A DNA stretch of 64,000 bases from an uncultured Gemmatimonadales bacterium (lineage in GTDB: Bacteria; Gemmatimonadota; Gemmatimonadetes; Gemmatimonadales; GWC2-71-9), in the NCBI GenBank assembly GCA_963842945.1, contig CAWJIM010000019.1, positions 416,001 through 480,000 on the forward strand. The letters run 5' to 3'. This document shows positions 60,904-64,000 of the stretch, piece after piece. A program made the position numbers and the translations under genes. The notes below the pieces were generated by a model that searched no databases, was not told the DNA's origin, and saw only the letters and a program-made list of their open reading frames with translations. How positions within the stretch are numbered: position 1 is the first letter of the stretch; every line of letters starts with the position of its first letter.

Positions 60904-61700
60904 CAGCTTCCCTCCTTTACCATCGTCAGGGGGTTCAGGGATACCCCGTGTTGCCTGATTTCAAAGTGAAGGTGAGGAGCGGTCGAGCGCCCGCTGTTTC
61001 CGCTCAGGCCAATTACCTCCCCGGGTGCGACTGTAGCTCCCACTGTCACTATTATGCGCGAGAGGTGGCCGTACATAGTCTGGTATTCCTCAGGATGATT
61101 CAATAACACAAAGAATCCGTACTCCGGATCCTGTCCGGTCTCACGAACAGTGGCACCGCCCGACGCCCGAACCAGGCTTCCAACCGCAACTGCTATGTCG
61201 ATGCCGGGATGTGCCTCATTCCGTCCGCTTGCCTTCACCTGTCCCCGAGTGATGTAGCCCGATTCATCCAGGGGCCAGTGCCGAGGAGCAGTGGGGCCAG
61301 CAGCAAGGTCAACGGTAGATGCGAGTCGAGCTCTGATCGGTGGTGCAACCGGTAACTGTGAGGCCTTGGTTACCGGATCTCGAACAATCTCGCCACCCAT
61401 CATCTGCCGGACCTGCGCGTAACGTGACTCGGCGCTGTCCAAGGCCTCGGAAAGCTCGCGTACCCTGGTATTCTCGGCACGAAGCCTTGCCAACTCGCGC
61501 TCCAAGCCGGGCACCCGCGCCGCCGCTCCGGCCAGCGGTCCATAGAGCGCCGCCACCAATAGGAAGAGAAGGGCAATCAGTCCTAGAGCCCACGAGCCAA
61601 GTCGCAGACCCCAGATGGGGATTCGGTAGGTCCGAGTTTTGGTGGTGCCATCCCGCTGGACTACTATGGTGACCGCACGCGAGCGCTTCCGCTTCTTCAT
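60903..61700 (-). CDS. M23 family metallopeptidase
   Basis: HPGID, YGHL, SGNSGRSTAPHLHFE. Confidence 0.92.
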   Translation of the reverse strand: MKKRKRSRAVTIVVQRDGTTKTRTYRIPIWGLRLGSWALGLIALLFLLVAALYGPLAGAAARVPGLERELARLRAENTRVRELSEALDSAESRYAQVRQMMGGEIVRDPVTKASQLPVAPPIRARLASTVDLAAGPTAPRHWPLDESGYITRGQVKASGRNEAHPGIDIAVAVGSLVRASGGATVRETGQDPEYGFFVLLNHPEEYQTMYGHLSRIIVTVGATVAPGEVIGLSGNSGRSTAPHLHFEIRQHGVSLNPLTMVKEGS

Positions 61701-62590
61701 CCCGCGAACGGCTCACCCAGGATCAGCTCCAGCACCCGCGCCAAGTCATCGTTCGAGTAATAACTGATGCTGATGAATCCCCGCCCCTTTCGGCGCGTGG
61801 TCACCCGGACGTCGGTGCCCAGCCGTTTGCGGAGGGAGTCCTCAATGCGACGGACATCGGCATTTTGGGGCCTAGGTGGCGAATGCGGTCTTGATACTGT
61901 CGACTCGGTGTCCCCTGATTTACCCGTCTCCGGCCGCGCACGAGCCTCCAACTCTCGAACCGACCAACCCGACTCCGCGGCCTCTTGAGCCAGACGCACC
62001 AAGTTGGCCCGATCTTGCACGGTAAGGAGAGCTCGAGCATGCCCCTCCGTCAACTTGGCCTGATGGACCAGTTGCTTGACTTCATCGGGCAGTTTCAACA
62101 GCCGAAGCAGATTGGCAATGGTCGATCGGTCTCGCCCCACCAAACGGGCGATCTCGGCTTGGGGAAGCTGAAACTCCTCACTCAGGCGCTGATAGCCGGC
62201 GGCCTCGTCAATCGCACTCAGGTTGTCCCTTTGCAGATTTTCGATCAGCGCCAAGGTCAGGAGAGTCGGGTCGTCGACCTCCTTCACAACCGCAGGGATT
62301 TTGGGCCACCCGAGTCGCTGAACCGCGCGCCACCGCCGCTCTCCCGCGATAAGCTCGTATTTCCCATTGCGGGGGCGCACCACCACCGGCTGGAGAAGCC
62401 CAGACGCCTCGATAGATGCGGTCAACTCCACCAGCTCGGCTTCATTTATTTGGGTCCGAGGTTGGAAAGGGTTGGGCTGAACGCTGCCGACGGGTAACTC
62501 GCGAAGCGCCCCGGAAGCTTGAGCCTGCTCTCGGGATGCCGAACCGAGCAGAGCCTCGAGGCCACGGCCCAGTCTCTTGGTTTCAGTCAT
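61697..62590 (-). CDS. parB: Chromosome partitioning protein ParB
   Basis: [41 protein letters not shown]. Confidence 0.96.
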   Translation of the reverse strand: MTETKRLGRGLEALLGSASREQAQASGALRELPVGSVQPNPFQPRTQINEAELVELTASIEASGLLQPVVVRPRNGKYELIAGERRWRAVQRLGWPKIPAVVKEVDDPTLLTLALIENLQRDNLSAIDEAAGYQRLSEEFQLPQAEIARLVGRDRSTIANLLRLLKLPDEVKQLVHQAKLTEGHARALLTVQDRANLVRLAQEAAESGWSVRELEARARPETGKSGDTESTVSRPHSPPRPQNADVRRIEDSLRKRLGTDVRVTTRRKGRGFISISYYSNDDLARVLELILGEPFAG

Positions 62591-63526
62591 GAGTGGTCAC
62601 CTCGGGCATTTGGTCCGTTGCCTGGTCGGGAAGGTGGTGCACTGGTTCCGGCTCCGGTTCGCTGCTCATTTCGGTAGGAGGGCGGCTTTCGTCGGCTGGC
62701 TGTTCACCGAGTGATTGCGAGCTACTGGCGGCAAGTGGCTCGATGGTGGCGTCTGAGTGTTCTAGCCGACGCAACAACTCCTCGGCCACTGCTAGGTAGC
62801 TCTTCGCACCGACCGATTGCGCGTCGTACAGCAGGATCGGCTTGCCAAAACTGGGGGCCTCGGCCAGCCGGACATTCCTTGGGATAGGTGTGACAAATAC
62901 TTTGGCCCCAAAGTACTCCTTCGCGTCCTCGGCGACCTGACGACAGAGATTCAGACGGGCGTCGTACATGGTGAGAAGCACCCCGTTAATAGCCAGCCCA
63001 GGGTTGAAGTTTTGTTGCACTAACCTGACAGTGTTAAGAAGCTGCGATATCCCTTCCAGCCCGTAGTACTCACACTGAATCGGGATCACGACTCCGTTAG
63101 CCGCAGTCAGAACATTTAGAGTTAGCAGGCCAAGAGACGGGGGGCAGTCAACGATGATGTAATCGTAATCGCTCTTGTAGATCGTCCAGTGTCCGGCGAA
63201 GAATCGCTTCTCGCCCTTCACGTTCCACTAACTGCAGCTCTGCCCCAACTAGATCTTGCGTTGCCGGAAGGACATGAAAGAAAGGGGAGGGCGGAAATGG
63301 ACAGGACAGATGCTCCGGGCGCTTGCCCCTCGACCAAGGATTCATAAAGTGAGAGCTCGACAGTCTCCTTCGCGACACCCACCCCGCTGGTTGCATTTCC
63401 TTGGGGATCCGCATCGAGCAGAAGTGTCCGTCGTTGGGCGATAGCTAGCGCTGCGGCAAGATTCACGGCGGTTGTGGTCTTACCGACTCCGCCCTTTTGG
63501 TTTGCTATTGCTATGACCTGAGCCAT
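62583..63526 (-). CDS. parA: Chromosome partitioning ATPase ParA/Soj, frameshifts at 63180-63300
   Basis: [52 protein letters not shown]. Confidence 0.93.
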
Positions 63527-63679
63527 GTGTGCCGAAGCCTTGAATTGGGAAACAAACGTGGCTTCCGAACTTGAGATGGATTGCTATGCCAGGGGGGACC
63601 GCGGCAGCGGTCGCACGAATATAGGAGTTTGTACTTGGAGGGCAATCACCGAAACCTAAAGCCAGCGCTGAATGGCTAT

Positions 63680-63695
63680 CGTTTCACGTGAAACT
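63680..63695. promoter_or_regulatory. parS site (CGTTTCACGTGAAACT)
   Basis: Matches the parS consensus core GTTTCACGTGAAAC, upstream of parA. Confidence 0.9.
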
Positions 63696-64000
63696 ATGCA
63701 GAGGGGGACGTTTCACGTGAAACGCGCTCGCGTCTACCCAAGCGGATAACCTCCGAGAGGAGGTTTTGAATATCACTGGGTGACACTCCTGGAACCCTGC
63801 TGGCTTGTCCCAGGCTTCTAGGCCGAACGACCTGCAGTTTTTCTCGTGACTCGTAGGAGAGGGCTCTCAATCTTGAATAGTCCAGATCCTCCGGGATGGG
63901 GTACTGTTCCATCTGCCGAATCCGCTCTACAGAAGACCGCTCCTTGGCTACATATCCAGCATACTTCAACTCAACGCTCACCCACTCAATTGCATCAGTG
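63694..64000 (-). CDS. mnmG: tRNA uridine-5-carboxymethylaminomethyl(34) synthesis enzyme MnmG, 3' end (partial)
   Basis: ELKYAGY, IPEDLDY, LSYESREKL..RPRSLGQASRVPGVSPSDI. Confidence 0.93.
   Translation of the reverse strand, partial: TDAIEWVSVELKYAGYVAKERSSVERIRQMEQYPIPEDLDYSRLRALSYESREKLQVVRPRSLGQASRVPGVSPSDIQNLLSEVIRLGRRERVSRETSPSA
63709..63724. promoter_or_regulatory. parS site (perfect palindrome CGTTTCACGTGAAACG) inside the mnmG 3' end
   Basis: 16-bp palindrome that encodes VSRET in MnmG. Confidence 0.92.

Noticed and set aside
4682..63526. Programmed frameshifting or mass pseudogenisation as the cause of the many split genes
   Set aside because: Indels hit unrelated and core genes (parA, copA, acyltransferase) without shared slippery motifs; long-read consensus error is the simpler explanation

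Overview
High-GC bacterial chromosomal segment. Gene styles suggest Gemmatimonadota/Gemmatimonadales (inference). It ends in the mnmG-parS-parA-parB block, so it is probably close to oriC. Many genes, including parA and copA, carry single-base frameshifts, which points to long-read consensus indel errors rather than mass pseudogenisation. The left ~16 kb is a cluster of secreted proteins and lipoproteins: two copies of a divergent DUF4185-like propeller / beta-lactamase-fold serine hydrolase pair, an AA5 copper radical oxidase, a PQQ/GSDH-type dehydrogenase, TonB, HtrA and an MFS transporter. The middle holds accessory genes: an OmpP1/FadL-like porin, VOC, FAD oxidoreductase, Mn catalase, Ser/Thr kinase-TPR, an S1C protease pair with LuxR, an ABC exporter and DUF885. 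A metal block follows (DUF2946-like CxxC/RAPP leader, OM barrel, ZnuA/ZnuB-like genes, copA, csoR). The right part is housekeeping (DHS-like, LOG, ndh, queG, decarboxylase, BMP ABC system, bactofilin, M23, parAB, mnmG). The most striking unexplained structure is a four-helix-bundle (23S-IVS/Avd-like) gene bracketed by inverted tandem arrays, (GGCGGTAA)14 upstream and (TTACCGCC)~4 downstream. Related 7-10-nt arrays sit at many other gene boundaries, often in inverted pairs. No CRISPR array, rRNA, tRNA, transposase or reverse transcriptase was seen.
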